DNA of 64,000 nt, taken from NCBI GenBank assembly GCA_038496445.1, contig JALMLS010000304.1, positions 543,501-607,500 of the forward strand, in the 5' to 3' direction. Shown piece by piece: positions 13,887 to 28,780 of this stretch (positions are counted from its first letter, which is position 1; the number at the start of each line of letters is the position of its first letter). The position numbers and the translations under genes are program-made. The notes beneath the pieces were generated by a model. It ran no database searches, had not been told where the DNA came from, and saw only the letters and a list, made by a program, of their open reading frames with translations. This DNA is from Trichosphaerium sp. ATCC 40318. Lineage: Eukaryota; Protista; Tubulinea.

Positions 13887-14395
13887 ATTTTCTTTATTTT
13901 TTGCCTTCACCATTCACTAACAGCATGATATACATCTCTGTGCCATCTTTACTCATTAGTCGTGATGGAAGTCCTAACACATGGTGGATTGTTACATTCG
14001 CTATGAACCTTAACTGTATTTACTTTTGTTCCAATCAATAACACGTTCAACTACTTATAAATGACTTGATTGCTCAGCCATTTTAAATGCATGAGACTGT
14101 TTCTGTTTAACAGTTTTAAGCTCAAGATTACTTCGCTTTTGTTCACAAAAGTTCTAGGCCGGCTTCAACAACGTGAACTCTTGTGATGGATTCACTAAAT
14201 TTTCGCTATTGGCACAATAACTCTAACCAACGGTGGTAACTAATCAAACTGTAACATCTTGAGCCCAAGTTGTTTATCAGAAACGCATTTACAATTCAGC
14301 TAAACCGAGATTGGCGGCCTCGGCATTCTAATAATATTCCATTGTCGTTACTGAGTCAAGTCATAAACGTCTATTTAGAACCGTTGTAACCACAA

Positions 14396-16168
14396 ATGGA
14401 ACCTGAAAGATGTAAAGCCGTGTTAGACCGCATTTCTGGTAGTTTGATAGGTCTTGCTTGTGGCGATGCCTTTGGCTTCCCAGTTGAAGGTGTGTATTAT
14501 ATACGCGTAGAAACGCTAAAAAGAGTATGTTTAGGCTTAACAACAGATAAAGTAATACAAAAGCTGTGTCTACCGAGCCAATACCAGCCAAAAAATATGT
14601 GGGACACGTCTGCACTTAATTTTTCAGGCACAGAAGAAGAAGCACCAACACCTTCATTTATTGTGCGCGTTACAACTTCAAATGCAATTTCTTAACTTTT
14701 TGGTTTAGGAATTTGATAGTGGCCCGCCTGGTACTTATAGTGATGATACACAGTTTGCTCTCATCTTGCTACAATCTATTTTCGAGGTACGCACGTTGCC
14801 CACGTGCACTTTATTTTTAAAAGGAGAGTTCGCTAAAGCTTGTAACACCTTTTGCTTAGAAAGGCAAGTTTGACCCGAAGCGTACCGCTGAGGTTTTTGT
14901 ACATATGACACAATGCAAGGGTATGTTGAGGGGATGGGGATTACTCAGGTATGAGTTTAAAAAGAGGTTGTGAAAAAATGTTAACGTTGTATTTTTAAAG
15001 AGGTACTGGAAAGAATGCAAGAAGAGCTATCAAAAATATGGGAATTGGATTATCTTGGAAAGAGTGTGGACAAGATTCTGCAGGTAAACATAATAATACA
15101 ATCTAATTTTCAGCGAGTGCAACTACTGATAAGACCTCCTTTGGAGTATTTTGTTGAAGAATTTTTGGTTGTTAACTTGTTTTATTAGGTAATGGTTCTG
15201 CAATGCGAGTTGGTCCCCTTGGTGCTTATTATGCTTCTAAGACTGAGGAGGAGTTACTTCACAACGTAACACTGTCAAGTTTCTTGACACATCGGCACGT
15301 TGCTTCTTTTTTGTTTTTTCTTACCCATTTCTTTAGTGATCCACGTGGAATTGTTGCTGGCGTAGCTGTAGCGTTTGGAGTTAGATATCTTGTAAATCTT
15401 CCAGAAGGTAAAGAAGGTACTATATTACTTTTTGAACTAGTGCTTCTTTGTTGCGTAATAGCTAAAACATTTGTTTTAGAGGATGAAGAATTTTCTGCCA
15501 AAGATTTTATTACATACGTTGCAGAAAAATGTGTTTACGCTGAAGAATACCTCTTGTCAGAATGGAAAGCCTTGTTAAAGCCAGTTGTAAACTCTGATAA
15601 AGTGGATAATGATTTAAAGAATCAAAGAAATGGCAGAAATCAACCGCTACAACCTATTCATCAGTTTAGCTCATGTTTCTCAAAACTTAAAAGACTGATC
15701 ACTATGGACTTTGGCAAAGCTACAACAAATATCACAAAACAAGCGCGTAAAGTATCTGGAACGAAAGGACTTCATCCTTGTCAGGGATTTGCACTATGTT
15801 CTGTAATTACTGCATTTTTAGCTGTTTGTCAAGCTGAAAAATTCGAAGATGCTGTGATAAATGTTGTTCAGCTAGGGCAAGATACTGACACGTGCGTCAT
15901 ACATAACTCATACGTGTTGGTCTCTAATGTATTTTTAAGCTGTGGAGCTATTGCTGGTACCCTTGCTGGTGCAAGGTTTGGTCTCTCAGAAATTCCTGCT
16001 GTTTGGAAAGATAATCTAATAAACTCCAAAGAGTTATTAACAAAAGCTCAAGATATTGGTAAGCTATCACTATCATTGGCCGACAAGGACAAAATATCAT
16101 CTGTACATACATTAGATCATTTAATTGCAATGGAAAGCTTAGATTACTTCGCAGAAACATCAAAATAG
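14396..16168 (+). CDS. ADP-ribosylglycohydrolase (ARH/DraG family)
   Basis: GSLIGLACGDAFG, YSDDT, GNGSAMR, GQDTDTCGAIAG motifs. Confidence 0.92.
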
Positions 16169-16358
16169 AATAAATAAAACAATGTACTATAAATCGTTTT
16201 GTAAGCTTGTTTGTCCTGACGGTCATAGAAGTCCAAATAATTTAGTTCTCCGCAACTGAACATAACTAGAATCTTGAAAGACCCCTTTCGGCTGTGAGTG
16301 ACTTCTACTAAAGAAATAGCGAAAAGCAAAGTGTCAATTTGAAATAAGCATTTATTCT

Positions 16359-19300
16359 TTAGAACAAAGGATCAAATCCGGCATTTACGTTCACAGATGC
16401 ATCTACAGTGGCTTCTCCACCAAATTCTTGATCACCTTGGCCGGAGCCAAGAGGTGCAAAGAAGTCATCATTAGGGTTAGCTAAAACAAAAAGAGTCAGA
16501 CAACAGAATACAGCAATCAAAAAGGAAAAAAAATACTATCATACCAGATACGTTTGCAGATACGCTAGCATCAGCACCCAATGAACTAAAAAAGTCATTT
16601 TCCTGAGCTGGTGGCGCATTTGCATCGCCGCCTGTCGAACCGAACATATCACCCGAGTTGCTGGTGAAGAAATCTCCGGAAGGATTTGGTGCATCAGCTT
16701 GAACATTGTTGGATCCAAACATATCTCCACCAGAGCTGAAGAAGTCACCACCTGCTGATGCCTCAACAGTTGCACCACCGCTCACATCGGCGCTGGCACC
16801 ACCAAAGAAGTCTCCAGATGAAGCGTTAGCATCAGCGTTAAAGAAGTCACCGCTAGGTGGTGGAGCACTGCTTCCAGTGGTTCCGAAAAAGTCACCACTA
16901 GCTGATGCATCAACACTAGCATTAGGATTACTGCCGAAAAAGTCTCCTTCAGGAGCTGGGACGTTTTCACCAACACTGCCTTCACCAGTAGCAAAGAAAT
17001 CACCACCAGGTGATGGCACAGCAGGAACGGGTGGTGCGTTGGCACTAGCATACGCATCTCCAGAAACTTCAACAGAAGCATCTGCGCTACCAAAAAAGTC
17101 GTTTTGAGGAGCAGGGAAGCTGGCTTCAGCACCAACTTGTGCTTGGCCACCAACTTGTGCTTGGCTACCACCGAAAAAGTCATCTTCAGGCGCCGCACCA
17201 CCAGCAAAGAAATCACTATCAGTCTGGTCTCTAAAGCAAAGTAAGTGGTAGACCTATAAATGTAAAGACATACGGTCCGTCGAATGATGGGGCCACTAGA
17301 GCAGGTGGCGGAAGCATAGCACCAGAAGGTGCTTCCTTTGGTGGAAGTGCTTGAACTGGAGCCTCTTCTTCACCTTTACCCTTTTTAGATTTTCTACCCT
17401 TTCTGGATTTTCCCTTTTTGCGTTCAGCCTTTTTCTTTTTGGAGCCTACAAGTAGTTGGTTGTTAGTTGGATATTTTTTGTACTAAATCGTGTACCTCTT
17501 CGCTTCTTGCCTTCGGAGCGTTCTGAACCAGAGTGAGAACCAAGTTCAGAAGAGTCAACATCTACGCCTAGTGTAGAGCCTTCACCACCTACAGAAACAT
17601 TCACGTTTGCCTGATAGTGACATTTAGTAAACATAATGGTAATAAAAACGTACTGAAACACCAAATGATGGTTGTGTAACCTCCACTGAAGGAGAGAAGA
17701 AATCTGCGCTAGGTTCAGGAGCACCACCTTGTCCAAAAATACCAAACTCTGCTTGAGCATTTCCACCGACAGTTTGGGAAGGTGCATCATTTGTAGTGAA
17801 TGGCATAAAGCCATCAAACTGGCCACCAGTGGCATTGAAATTGCCATCTCCCTCGAAGTACTGCACTGACGAGTCTTTACGGAGGTGAGCACCCGCTACA
17901 TTCACATATAAGCTAATGTACGAGATATTTAAACGTACTTGCTACGGTGCCACCAAAGGTTGGGGTAGGTGCTGGAACAGAAGCTTGTTTAAGTGCTGCA
18001 ATCTCTCTTTTGAGATTTTCGATATCGCTCTTTTGGAATCTAACATTGTTCTTGCTCTCCTCGAGTTGTTCACGTGTTGCACGAAGCATTTGTTCTTCAG
18101 CTTTGTAAACATCCATTGTACGTGCCATATTAGCCTTTATGCACAAGGTTAGAAATGCATTTAAACAAGTTGTTCATATAATACCTTTTGGCCTTGGTCT
18201 TGAGCAATTTGTTCCCGCAAGGCGTTCAATCTAGTCTTTCTGGCTGATACTTGCGCGCGTTGGCGATCTCTTGTCTCTTCCAATTGAGAAACATCATTCC
18301 TCATACGGTCCAAAACACCACTTTCATTTTGCTTAACCTCTTGCAATTGCTGAGCTTGTGTACGTAGGTCACCAAGCTACATTGATGATAAGTGAAAACA
18401 AGTAAATTGTAGCAAAGTAAAAACAAAGAAAGTAGTATTATGTGTAGCGAACCTGGGCTTGGAGTTGAGCACGCTGTTGTTGCTGTTGTTTTAATTTATT
18501 TTTAATCGTAAGCAGCAAGTTGGCTTGGCTTGCTTTTGCACGTTCTTGTTCTTCACGTGCACGCTCTTGTTGCTCACGGACAGCTGCTTGTGCAGCGCGT
18601 TTTTGCTCTTCGAGTTCTCTTCGTAATCTCATGATCTCTTCATCCTTTTCTCTTCGCAAACGCTCCTTCTCAGCTTCTTGCTTTGCACGTTCCTTAAAGC
18701 ATATAAGCACTAAAGATAAAACTATACTAATCCTTGCTCAATTACTACGTACAGCAGCAGCCAATTGATCTAGGCGGTCACGCTCTTCTTGAAGGATTCT
18801 CATTCTTGCTGCCTCATTCTCTCTGGCAAGACGCTCGCGGTCAGCCTCCAATTTGCGTTGCATCTCTTCCTCGCGAATCTTCAGTAAACGTGCGTTTTCT
18901 GCTTCCTTCTCGCTAGTAAAAGAATAAATCGTTGGGAAATACTGAATGTTAATACATACGCTAAAAGAGCAAGGCGTTTGGCCTCTTCTTCACGTTTGAC
19001 TGCTTCAATAGCAGCTGCTGTATTTTGACCAGCATTCATTTGTACGCCAACGCCTACATTGTAATTTAGATTACAAAGTAATTAAATAGTATGCTCTACC
19101 CATAGAGGCGCTTGAACCACCCATTGAAATTTGCGATGCTCCCATAGCACCAAAGACACTGCCTTGATTTTTTGGAGGTGGTGATCCAAAGACCATACCA
19201 CCCATGCTAAGCGAATCTTGAGATGTCTGAGCGCCTACAGTACAATTAAATAACGCAATAGAGTAATTAAACAACATACTTGGATTGCCAGGTGCTGTTA

Positions 19301-21451
19301 ACGAAGGGGAGCTGGAAAGAAGTGAAAGTGAAGAAGAGTTAGAGTTCAAACCGCCACCTAGCTGCATAAGAAACTTCTTTTCAATTAGAGCGTACCAAGA
19401 CCAAATACACCAACGCTTGAACTAGCTGGCATTGGTGCATTCGAGCTAGAACCACCAAGCATGTTCAAGTCTATCAAATGGTTATTAACTGACATAAATT
19501 AGTACAAAGGATTGAGTACTTGAACCACCAAGTCCTGAAACATTTCCGCTAGCGTTAGTTGAGCCACCAGTGTTTAGCTGAGCATTGAGCTGGCCACTAC
19601 TCTGAGATCCGCCAAAGCCTCTAGACTTAGCACTCGTGGTAGGAAGGCCACTAATAGCAGCTAGATCACCAAACAATGTAGGTCTTCTTTCAGCAGCTGA
19701 ACTTTCAGCTGCTTTTGGTGTATCAGGATTTGTATTGAATAATGAAGGTTTTTGAGTTGGATGTATAACGTTAGCGTTAGGATTCTGAGGTTTTGTTGGG
19801 TTGGTGTAAAAGTGAGAAGGCATGCTTGCATTGCCACCAACATTTAGACCAGGTATGTTCAAGGAAGCCACAGCAGTTGGCGGCTTAGCTTGGACATTCA
19901 AAGGTGCTGAAACATTTTGTGAAGTGTTAAAGGAGCTTAGTAGAGACTGAGGTAGAGAGCTAGGTACGCGTGGAATCACTTTTGTGCCGACGAGATTGAT
20001 CATATGCATAGCCATACAGAATTCTTGCTAAACAGGAAAAGAAAGGTTAGTCTCATTATTTTCTACAAATGCTATACAACGTACAAAGTTAAGCATGCCC
20101 TTCTTACTCCTGTCAGTGAGAGCCCATATTTGACCCAAAAGAGGTTTTGCAAGACCAGTTTTAAGGAACAGAACTCGCGCAACGTTTCCTAATAAAAATA
20201 AACCAATAGTCTATCGTAGTACTCAACACACCTGGGACATTACCGGCACGATCCTTTTGTTGACCGTTATAATATCGTCTATAGGTTTGCATCTTCGCTG
20301 GTGTAATAAAGAAGGGATCATTTGGAGTCATGGTTATGTTAGGTAGAGGGTTACTACTGAAAGATGCAACACTACTGGCAGTGCTGCTCATACCAACACT
20401 GCCAAGAGAACTAGCAGTTGACATCGAAGCCATGCCTGTTGTACTAGCTGAGCTTGCAGATGTTAACATTTGCGTGGACGAACCTCCGCCTATTGGGACT
20501 GCAAAGTGTCAGTAAAGATAACTTATTTCTCGCTAGGAGATACATACCAGATAATTTAGCAAGAGCAGCAGCTGGCGCTCTAATTGTTTTTACACTTGCA
20601 GCCAATTCTGGTGGTATTTTTGAGGGCAATGCTTCGCCTTTAATACGCGCAGTAATCAAAGCCATTGCAATACCGAACTCTGGTAACGTTAATCTACCAT
20701 CCTTGTCTATCATATTGGTCAGAAAGCAGCACAATAACAGTAGTTGTACCTTGATCCGCAAGATTCCAAATTGCGCCCAAATCTTGCTTTGAAAGCTTAG
20801 ACTTCATGAAGAAATTCCTTACTTCGCCACCTACTCCACTGTCAAATAACACCGAGTGAGCGAGCCTTGTGTACCAGTCACTTTGCCGTCTTTGTCTGCA
20901 TCTAATGACAAGAAGTTTTGGCGCAGTTGAGCCTTTACTGAGTCTGTTAAACTCCAACTGAAGGACGACTATTGTTTGTGTGAGAATCTGTTGTACTAAT
21001 TTTGGGCGTACAGCAGCGCTTGGAGCGGAGGGCATATTGATACCATTAAATCGTGGCAAGGGTATTTCTACGCCATGTGAGCGATGTTACAAGTAAATAT
21101 CTTACGCTTTGTGCTTTGAAGCATGTGTTGTGTTAGATCCTGCTTGCCACTTTGAGCTAATGCCACATAACGTAGCGATGTATAAAATGCGGTTTTATCC
21201 AAGTGCGTTTGACCACTGGATGATAGTTGCCACACCTATGCCCATTAAATCGCGTATACTAATTATTGATTGTTTTATTTCGGTTTTGCTATTCTAAGCA
21301 CCTTTATTAATTGTTGCTTGGTAAGCGGAGGCCTGGAGAGCACATAAAAGCTTTTAGCGTCTCCAGCGCCAATTTTACCGTCCTTATCTTTATCTGCTGC
21401 TTTAAATAAAAATTCATAGTAGCTTCGCTCTGTTTGGTTCAGCGACGCCAT
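16359..21451 (-). CDS. Eps15/Ede1-like endocytic scaffold: EH domains, coiled coil, C-terminal DFF-repeat region
   Basis: EF-hand EH motifs (DKDKDGKI; LGAIWNLADQDKDGRLTLPEFGIAMALI; EFCMAMHMI), central coiled coil, low-complexity tail with repeated (G/N/D)DFF. Confidence 0.85.
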
Positions 21452-21613
21452 GACGTTGCCTGGCTTTTTTTTTTGCGTTGCTTGTTAGTGAGCACCATGA
21501 CTTAACGCAACATGTCAAACTCATTTTAATAAACTATTCATTCGAACTCATTTTGTAACGTAGGCTACTTACAATTACATTTCGTTTTATTGTGCAAAAC
21601 GATTCTCGGTTGG

Positions 21614-22481
21614 TTACAAGGCCTCTTCATCCTCCAGCCTTTCAGATTGATCCATTGCTTCAACTTTAATAGTTCTAGACAATTCTGCTGTAGTTTGTGG
21701 TTTGGTTTCAGGTGCTGGTTCAATGTCACGTGCGCCTTTCGTCGTTGCAAGGCTGTTAGCGCTTTCTCCTGTGTCTTCCTCAATTCCACCATAGCGTAGT
21801 ACATCGCCACCAGACACGCGAAGAGACTATTGTCGGTTAACTTTGTGGAAGATTAATATTTAGCTAATACTTTAACTTCTGGCATTGAGTCTAGCACGCC
21901 CGATTCGCCCTTTCGATAACGTTCTAGCTCTATTCTGTTTAGTTCCTCTACCGTGGCGTCCAGCGAAGAGTCCTGTGCACCGTGAAGAAAATCCAACACG
22001 CTAAAGACAAATGAGTAAAATGAAACGACAATGCATGACAATCACCTGCCGCGTTGTAATAAGCTCTCCTTGTGCGCTTTTTCTTCCAATCTGTGCTTGC
22101 TGTCTATTTCTTTGGCCTGATCTATCTTAACAAGTAATTTTTCTTTTTCTTGATGAAATCTGAGCTCGTCGTATGCTGTTGGTGGCCTATCAATAGAGAA
22201 TGCTACGAAGTGTCAGTTACTTCAATTATTACTATTCCAGAAGCAAAACACGCACTTAGCCACCTATTCCATAGGTATGGGAGCCCGTGAGGGTCTGGGT
22301 GACCTTTATAATCTACAGTCCTTCTAGTGGGCTCTACATGTAACTGAGGTGTACCACAACACTATCAAGTGCAAATACCTGGGTCATTTGCTAATTCGTA
22401 ATATTGGTTGCCAAATGAGTCAGTTCCAACATGTTTTTTACCCGTTAGAGCTTGTGCTGATCGATACAAGCGCGTCCACAT
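21614..22481 (-). CDS. NDUFA12/NDUFAF2-family complex I subunit or assembly factor
   Basis: MWTRLYRSAQALTGKKHVGTDSFGNQYYE...WNRWL...PPT, followed by a charged C-terminal extension. Confidence 0.8.
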
Positions 22482-22849
22482 GCTGTGTAGTGGTTTTGAG
22501 CCTTAATACAATCGGACTTACGGCGAATTTCTGTAACGGTTGCCACTTACACGCATCACCTTTCGCTGTATTAAGCAAGTAGCATACCAACTGCTCGGAC
22601 ATTGATATGTAGTATTTGACCACTCAGGTACGATCGTGGCTCATTGTTGTTTGAGTTGTGTAATGGCATAAAAGCCACCAAAAATACAGCAATATTACAA
22701 GTGCACTTGCTCCAAATACGCTAAGCCTTAAATTTGCTTATTTGTGACAAAAAAAAACGTTTTAATGCTTTCAATCTCACAAGCCATTAGATCCAGTACA
22801 TTCGTAGAGGGTGAAAAACACTACCAACTAAATAATTTTTTTTGCTGGT

Positions 22850-25800
22850 ATGAGTACTCCGCCAGCGCACCCGAAACCTTCTTTCTACGCAGCAGCAAAG
22901 AAAAAAAAGCGCGACTCCCTTTTATTATCACGACCACCAAACTTAGCCAAAGGTGCTACAGACAAGAAGAGTCCAAATGTCACTGTGTCTAGCCCTAGAA
23001 AGCTAAAGATGAGATTATCAAAATTAACACTACAAACATCTATAGATGGCCACAACCAAAACAGAACCAGTTCTCCTAGCGCTGGAAAACGCGTACGCAT
23101 CATAATGATCATTTACAACGAATGACATAATTTAGCAGGAGCAAATGTACCCACACTCAGACAAAATTGACTCTACGGGCGATACAAGCGATAGACCAAG
23201 ACGCGAAATCAAACAGATGAGACCAGATCGTGCTGCTTCTTCAGAGTCTCATTCATCTGCTAGTTCAGTAGAAAGAGTATTTTCAAATCGGGAACGTGTA
23301 CGTTTAGCGCATACTCTTTATTTAGCTTAAAAAAAAAACCAGGTTGATTCCTTTATCGAGATAATTTCACCTCGAAGCAGAAGCGTACGTTTTGCGGTTG
23401 TAGATATTATTCTCTAACTGGTACAAAAAAGCGGCCCACTGGGCGAAGCACTGTTTCAAGGAGTACCATGGGTTGGGGAGGTCGTTTGGGCGATTTAGAA
23501 GAGTTTACTGCTAAAACAATTGAAGATGCTGGTGAAGGTACATTAAAACCGCCTGAGCGTTAAATAATGTATTTAAAGGTCCTTGTGAGCGATATTGGCA
23601 CACATGGTTAGCACAACTGGAAAATGACATTTACTAAAATTTTGGTTTTGTAATACTGTTTTAGCGTGTCACTCCCTCAAGGATTTATTGTATATGGTGG
23701 TACACGTAACGGCGTTGATGCCTTGGCAGATATGTACTATTTTCATTTTGCTTCACGTCAGTGGAGTGAGATTAAAATAAAAGGCTTCGAAGGTACAACT
23801 ATTCTGCAGTAAGCTATGGAGTTAACACACTTTGCAGGCCGCTATCTTCATTCTTGCGTAGTTTCCAACGGAAAACTGTACATATACGGTGGAAACGCAC
23901 AGAATGCAGATGTATTTGACGAATTGGTGTATATCTTGCTTAGAAATGAACCTGGTACGCGAAACTACTTGTGGTTTTTGTTACAATGAATTATTAAATT
24001 TGTGCAGGCAACTATAAAGCAGTGTTTCAGGTTAGAAAAGCAAACGGTACCTCACCTGGTAAAAGAAAGGTATTTTGTATCATTATGATTAGTAAGTTTT
24101 TTCTTATTATTATTTGTAGGCACATACAGCAGTGGTAATTGATAACAAGCTTGTTATATATGGTGGTTTGGATGAGAGAAATGGTGTACTTAGTAGTATG
24201 TACTATTACGATTTTGAAACATCAATCTGGAGTAAAGTAGACGCTCGCGGTGATGTACCTGTTGCACGGTATGTAAACTAATTATTTTTCTCTTTTTTGT
24301 TACTGAATCAAATAGTTGTTATCATTCGGCAGTAGCACATGGTAATAACATGTATATGTTTGGAGGCATAGATGGAAAGGACAACCTTAACGATTTTTAC
24401 AAGTTTAACTGTGCAACAAAAATTTGGACTAAATTCGAAACTACTGATTCCTCTCCATCTCCAAGGCACGGTATGTCGCTTTCAGCGACAGCTAGCGGAT
24501 TATTACTTTTGGGTGGTTCTTATCGTACTCCTAACCCTGATGCAATGGAAGCTTTTCGTTTCTCCTTTGCAGGTGCGTGGATGAAACTCTTGCTGTTGTA
24601 GTTTGACCTTTTTGCAAGATGGCGAATGGATAGAATTGAAAATTGAAGGAAGTATTCCTTATCGCTCATTTCATAAGTATGGGCGTGAACAATCATCAGA
24701 AGCACTGTACATTTACCTTTTTGGTGGTAACGAGGCTACTGAGTTTGCTGGGTCTGTGCATGTAATAAATGTTACTAAACAAGCTGACGATGATACAGTA
24801 TCAAGGTAAGCGCTTTTATAATGCTTTTTTTGCCAGTAATAACTGTACAATTAGTTCCAGTGGTCCAGTACATATGCCTCCTAACCAATGGCAAGCAAAT
24901 GTCTTGCGCAAGTTTCCAGATATTTTAGAGTGCTATGAACGCAGTAGCTGCTTGCTATCGAGTGGTGCTTCAGCACCATCGTTTTCTGCGGAATCTATGT
25001 CAGCGCGTACCTGGAACAGGAATGCCTTATCTGCCATTGATCTTGTACAGCTTGTAATTGCGTGGCTAAACAAAAAAGGATACAAAAAAACAAGTCAGGT
25101 GTTAGAGGCAGAGGTACACTTTTTTGTTGCTAAAAATAGCTACTTACTAACGAACTTTTAGACTAACATTCAATACGTTCAACAAACTCAAGATGGATCT
25201 GGTCTTCAAGAGTTACTTAGCTTAGCTAAGAGGCGTCTTTTACCTGGGCAGGACGCATTTTCTGATGACGTTTATGAAATGTCAATTTCTCATCTGAATG
25301 TTGAGAGTGTTGCTGGTGATGAGGAAGTAGAAGTGCTAGATCATTTGCCTAGTTTTGTTGTAACCGGTGGTATGCTATTTGATAACCTTTACTACAACTT
25401 TTTAATCGTTTTTCCTCTATAGAAACGAAGCAAAATGTCAATATTTGGGAGGAAGAACAGACTTCTGATAATTTTGTTGTTGATAAAAATTCCTCAAATG
25501 TTTCGGCTGGTACAATCAATACACTAGTTCAACATCTATTCGCTGGATCTGAAGTATACAAAAATGCGTTTTTACACACGTACCAAACATTTACAACACC
25601 AGAAATGTTCTTAACAAAGGTAAATACTACTGTTCTTTGGCTTTTTACCATCTAATTAATACTCTAGCTCATTGAACGATTCAACGCCCCACGTGCTCAT
25701 TATTTTCCAGAGAACAGAATTCTCGTACTAGACTTGCTTCAAATATGGCTGTCATGTTGCCCAGGCGATTTTACTGACCGCGTCTTGGTACCTCAACTAG

Positions 25801-27094
25801 TTGTGGATAATGACTTTCTTACTTTATTTTTAGTCTAATTTGAACAACTTTATTGATGCACGTCTCAAGTTGCAGGGAGACAAGGCTAGAGAGTTGCGAA
25901 GAGCAATTCAAGCCTTGCAAAAGAAGAGAAGACGAGAACAAGAATTGGAACGAGATGAATTCCGAATTCGATATGAGTATGTTTTTTTAATGATAACAAG
26001 GTCTGATTTATGTAGATTGGAACCTGGAGAATCGCCTCCAGAGCCTAGTGTGCCAAAGAATATTTTCTCAAAGTCTTTGATACTGAAAGACGTTAATGTT
26101 ACAGAGATTGCTAGGCAACTTACAGTGCTAGAATTTCATATGTTTTCAAAGATTAGACCATTGCATCTACTACAAATGGGCAAAGTAAGTTGGTGTTATT
26201 TTACCTGTACTCCTCCACACGTACTCATGGTTGTATTTAGCAAGCAGAAACTACAGTTGCAAGATACATGCAGCGCTCTAGGCGGTTAACACGCTTTGTT
26301 ACTGTGTCCATTCTTCAACTAGACGATAAAAGGGCAAAAGTACGATTTACTTTACTCACTGTGCGTCTGAACTCACACTCTTTTTGTAGATAAAAGAATT
26401 AGAGTTCTTTGTATCCATAGTTAAGGTAGGCAAAAAAATACATAACACGTGCCAGACTTCTAATTGTACATAGAAATTAGACAAACTGGCAAATTTCCAA
26501 ACACTTGGTAGCATAATTGCTGGCTTGCGTTATCAACCTATTTTACAGTATATCGGGGAAATGGAGTCTGGTTTACAAAAGGTATAATATTGCAGATATA
26601 CAAAGACAGCGCTAGATACTTGTGTGTGCTAATGGTATGACGTTTAGGACCTGCAATATTACTTCAAGTTAGTTGATCAAATAGATGAGTATGGCAGACG
26701 ACTTAATAAAGCGAGAGCTGTACCAGTTGTACCTATATTCACAATTTATGCTAAGCGCCTCCATATCCTCCGTGGCAAACCAGAAACAGTAATTAGTCCA
26801 AAAGGTATTGTTCTTGTAAACTTTGCTAAACGCATGTCGCAATACTCAGTAATAAGGTACGTAGCCTAATCATTAAGAAAACTGTTGGACAAAGCTACTT
26901 TACCGTTTTGTTTTAATTCCTTTTTGGTTTTTTGTAATCACGTGCTTACGTTGTTTGTTAGTGAGATTTGTCGATACCAGAAAAGGAGGTATAATCTCTT
27001 ACCTGTATTTCAAATTGCCAAATTTTTTGATGATAAAGCGCTGGCACGCTCATCCGAGATTTTCCACGATAAGTACGCTCGGAAAAAAATGTAA
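22850..27094 (+). CDS. RasGEF with kelch repeats, LisH-like motif, REM and CDC25 domains (Dictyostelium GefF-like architecture)
   Basis: Kelch repeats (MYMFGG, SPRHG), QLVIAWLNKKGYKKT, FLHTYQTFTTPE, EIARQLTVLEFHMFSKI, VPY, VNFAKR. Confidence 0.85.
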
Positions 27095-27320
27095 AACAAA
27101 AATTAAGCCAATAAAAATAAAAGATAAATAATTATACATAAAAGAAATAGTGCTCAGTAACGTCCTAGTATTTATTGCACGTTCTTGCATTCTTTCATAT
27201 GATTTCTCGGGTTTGCATGTGCTGCATCGAAGGTTTTGTTGAATTGAAATTGTTTACAAAAACATCAAAAGTGTGACATTTTCGTCAACGGTCACGTGTT
27301 TATTCTAATTTTATTACCGT

Positions 27321-28709
27321 ATGCAACAAGGTAACTGTACTATAGACGAAACACAAACAGATAGATCAAAAATAGCATGGATTAGCTTTATTTCATTCTT
27401 TTCATTATATTTCGTCGCTGTATCTATTGCTTTCTTGAATTTCTGGTTCAAACGAACAAAGACTAAAAACAAATTTACTTGTAGCCTCTCAATAGTTTTA
27501 CACGGTAAGAATTATATTAGATTATGTGTTCTTAAACTACATAGGACTCATACCTCTTGAAATTGCAGGTAAAACTCAAAAAACTGTTCCAAAAAAACAA
27601 CATGGTCTACTAAACGGCTTTTTTTATAACTAAATCACGTGGTGTAGGCGATGTAATTTTTCTAGCAGTTAATGGCAGCCATCCTTCATATTTTTTCTCT
27701 TCAAATTATGCCTGTCAATCTAACCCATGGATGGTCGTTCTTAGCTCTGCACCTGGATACTTATTCCTATTCATCAATTACATGTTGTTGCTATTTTGGT
27801 GCGCACAAGCTGTTTTTTTTAGGTTGTAACCTTACGGTGTTCCCTTATTTTTATGTACTTGGTATGTGCCTCGACTTACTACAATAGGATTACACTCATC
27901 CACAAGTCTCACCATCCTACTACTGAGTTAAAGAGTACACTCAGAACAACATATCTTGTTTCTCTTGCTGTACTGGCTTTAGCTTGGTCAACGTTAATGG
28001 GTTTAATGATGTGGAGATACTATATTCATGTCAGCGATGGTGTTGACTCTATAATGTACATAATTCATTCCGTAGAGGTATCGAAACAAACAGAAAATAT
28101 CTCTAAAGTATAATGTTCATTGGTTTATAGCTTTGGTTTCACACGTTGTGTTGCTTTTGCGTTTGTATTGCATTCGTCTTTTATGGCGTTCGACTATATT
28201 GCATCTTGAAACGTATACCTGTGCGCATAGGAGCACACATGCCTCAAAAAGTATGCATTATTTCTCAAAACTAGGAATTGAAAGAAACTGGCTGTTTACT
28301 TCATGTGGACAGTAATGTAGCTAACGCTCTTAGGTAATTCTACTCACAACAATATGTATGCTTGCACTCTTTGGTAGAGCATTGCTATTTCCTATTGGAT
28401 TCTATTTTCCTCCAGCTGGCGTGACTAGTTTTATTGCTAAGATTGTAATGTATATTCTCCTTGAATTAATACCGTTAACTCTAATTGTCTTTATTCTACA
28501 TGTGAAATACTTTCAAACACAGGAACACAGTGTACGTTTTTTCTTTTTGGCTTTTTTTTTCACTTATGTCTTTTCTCATTTTTTTCTATTTGTAGCGGTC
28601 TTACAATCCATCACTCACCAACAGCAGCTATAAGACTATTCCAAATCAAGTAAATGGATTTATTAACAGAGACAATTATATTTCGGAAGGTGCATTAAGC
28701 ACACAATAA
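27321..28709 (+). CDS. Multi-pass (about 7 TM) membrane protein, TOM1/GPCR-like
   Basis: N-terminal NCT sequon; successive hydrophobic exons ending YILLELIPLTLIVFIL; short polar tail. Confidence 0.55.
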
Positions 28710-28780
28710 AAATGACACCACTCCGGAAACGGAAATTATTAAAATTTGTTGAAAAAATATCGAAAAAAACAACAAAAACT

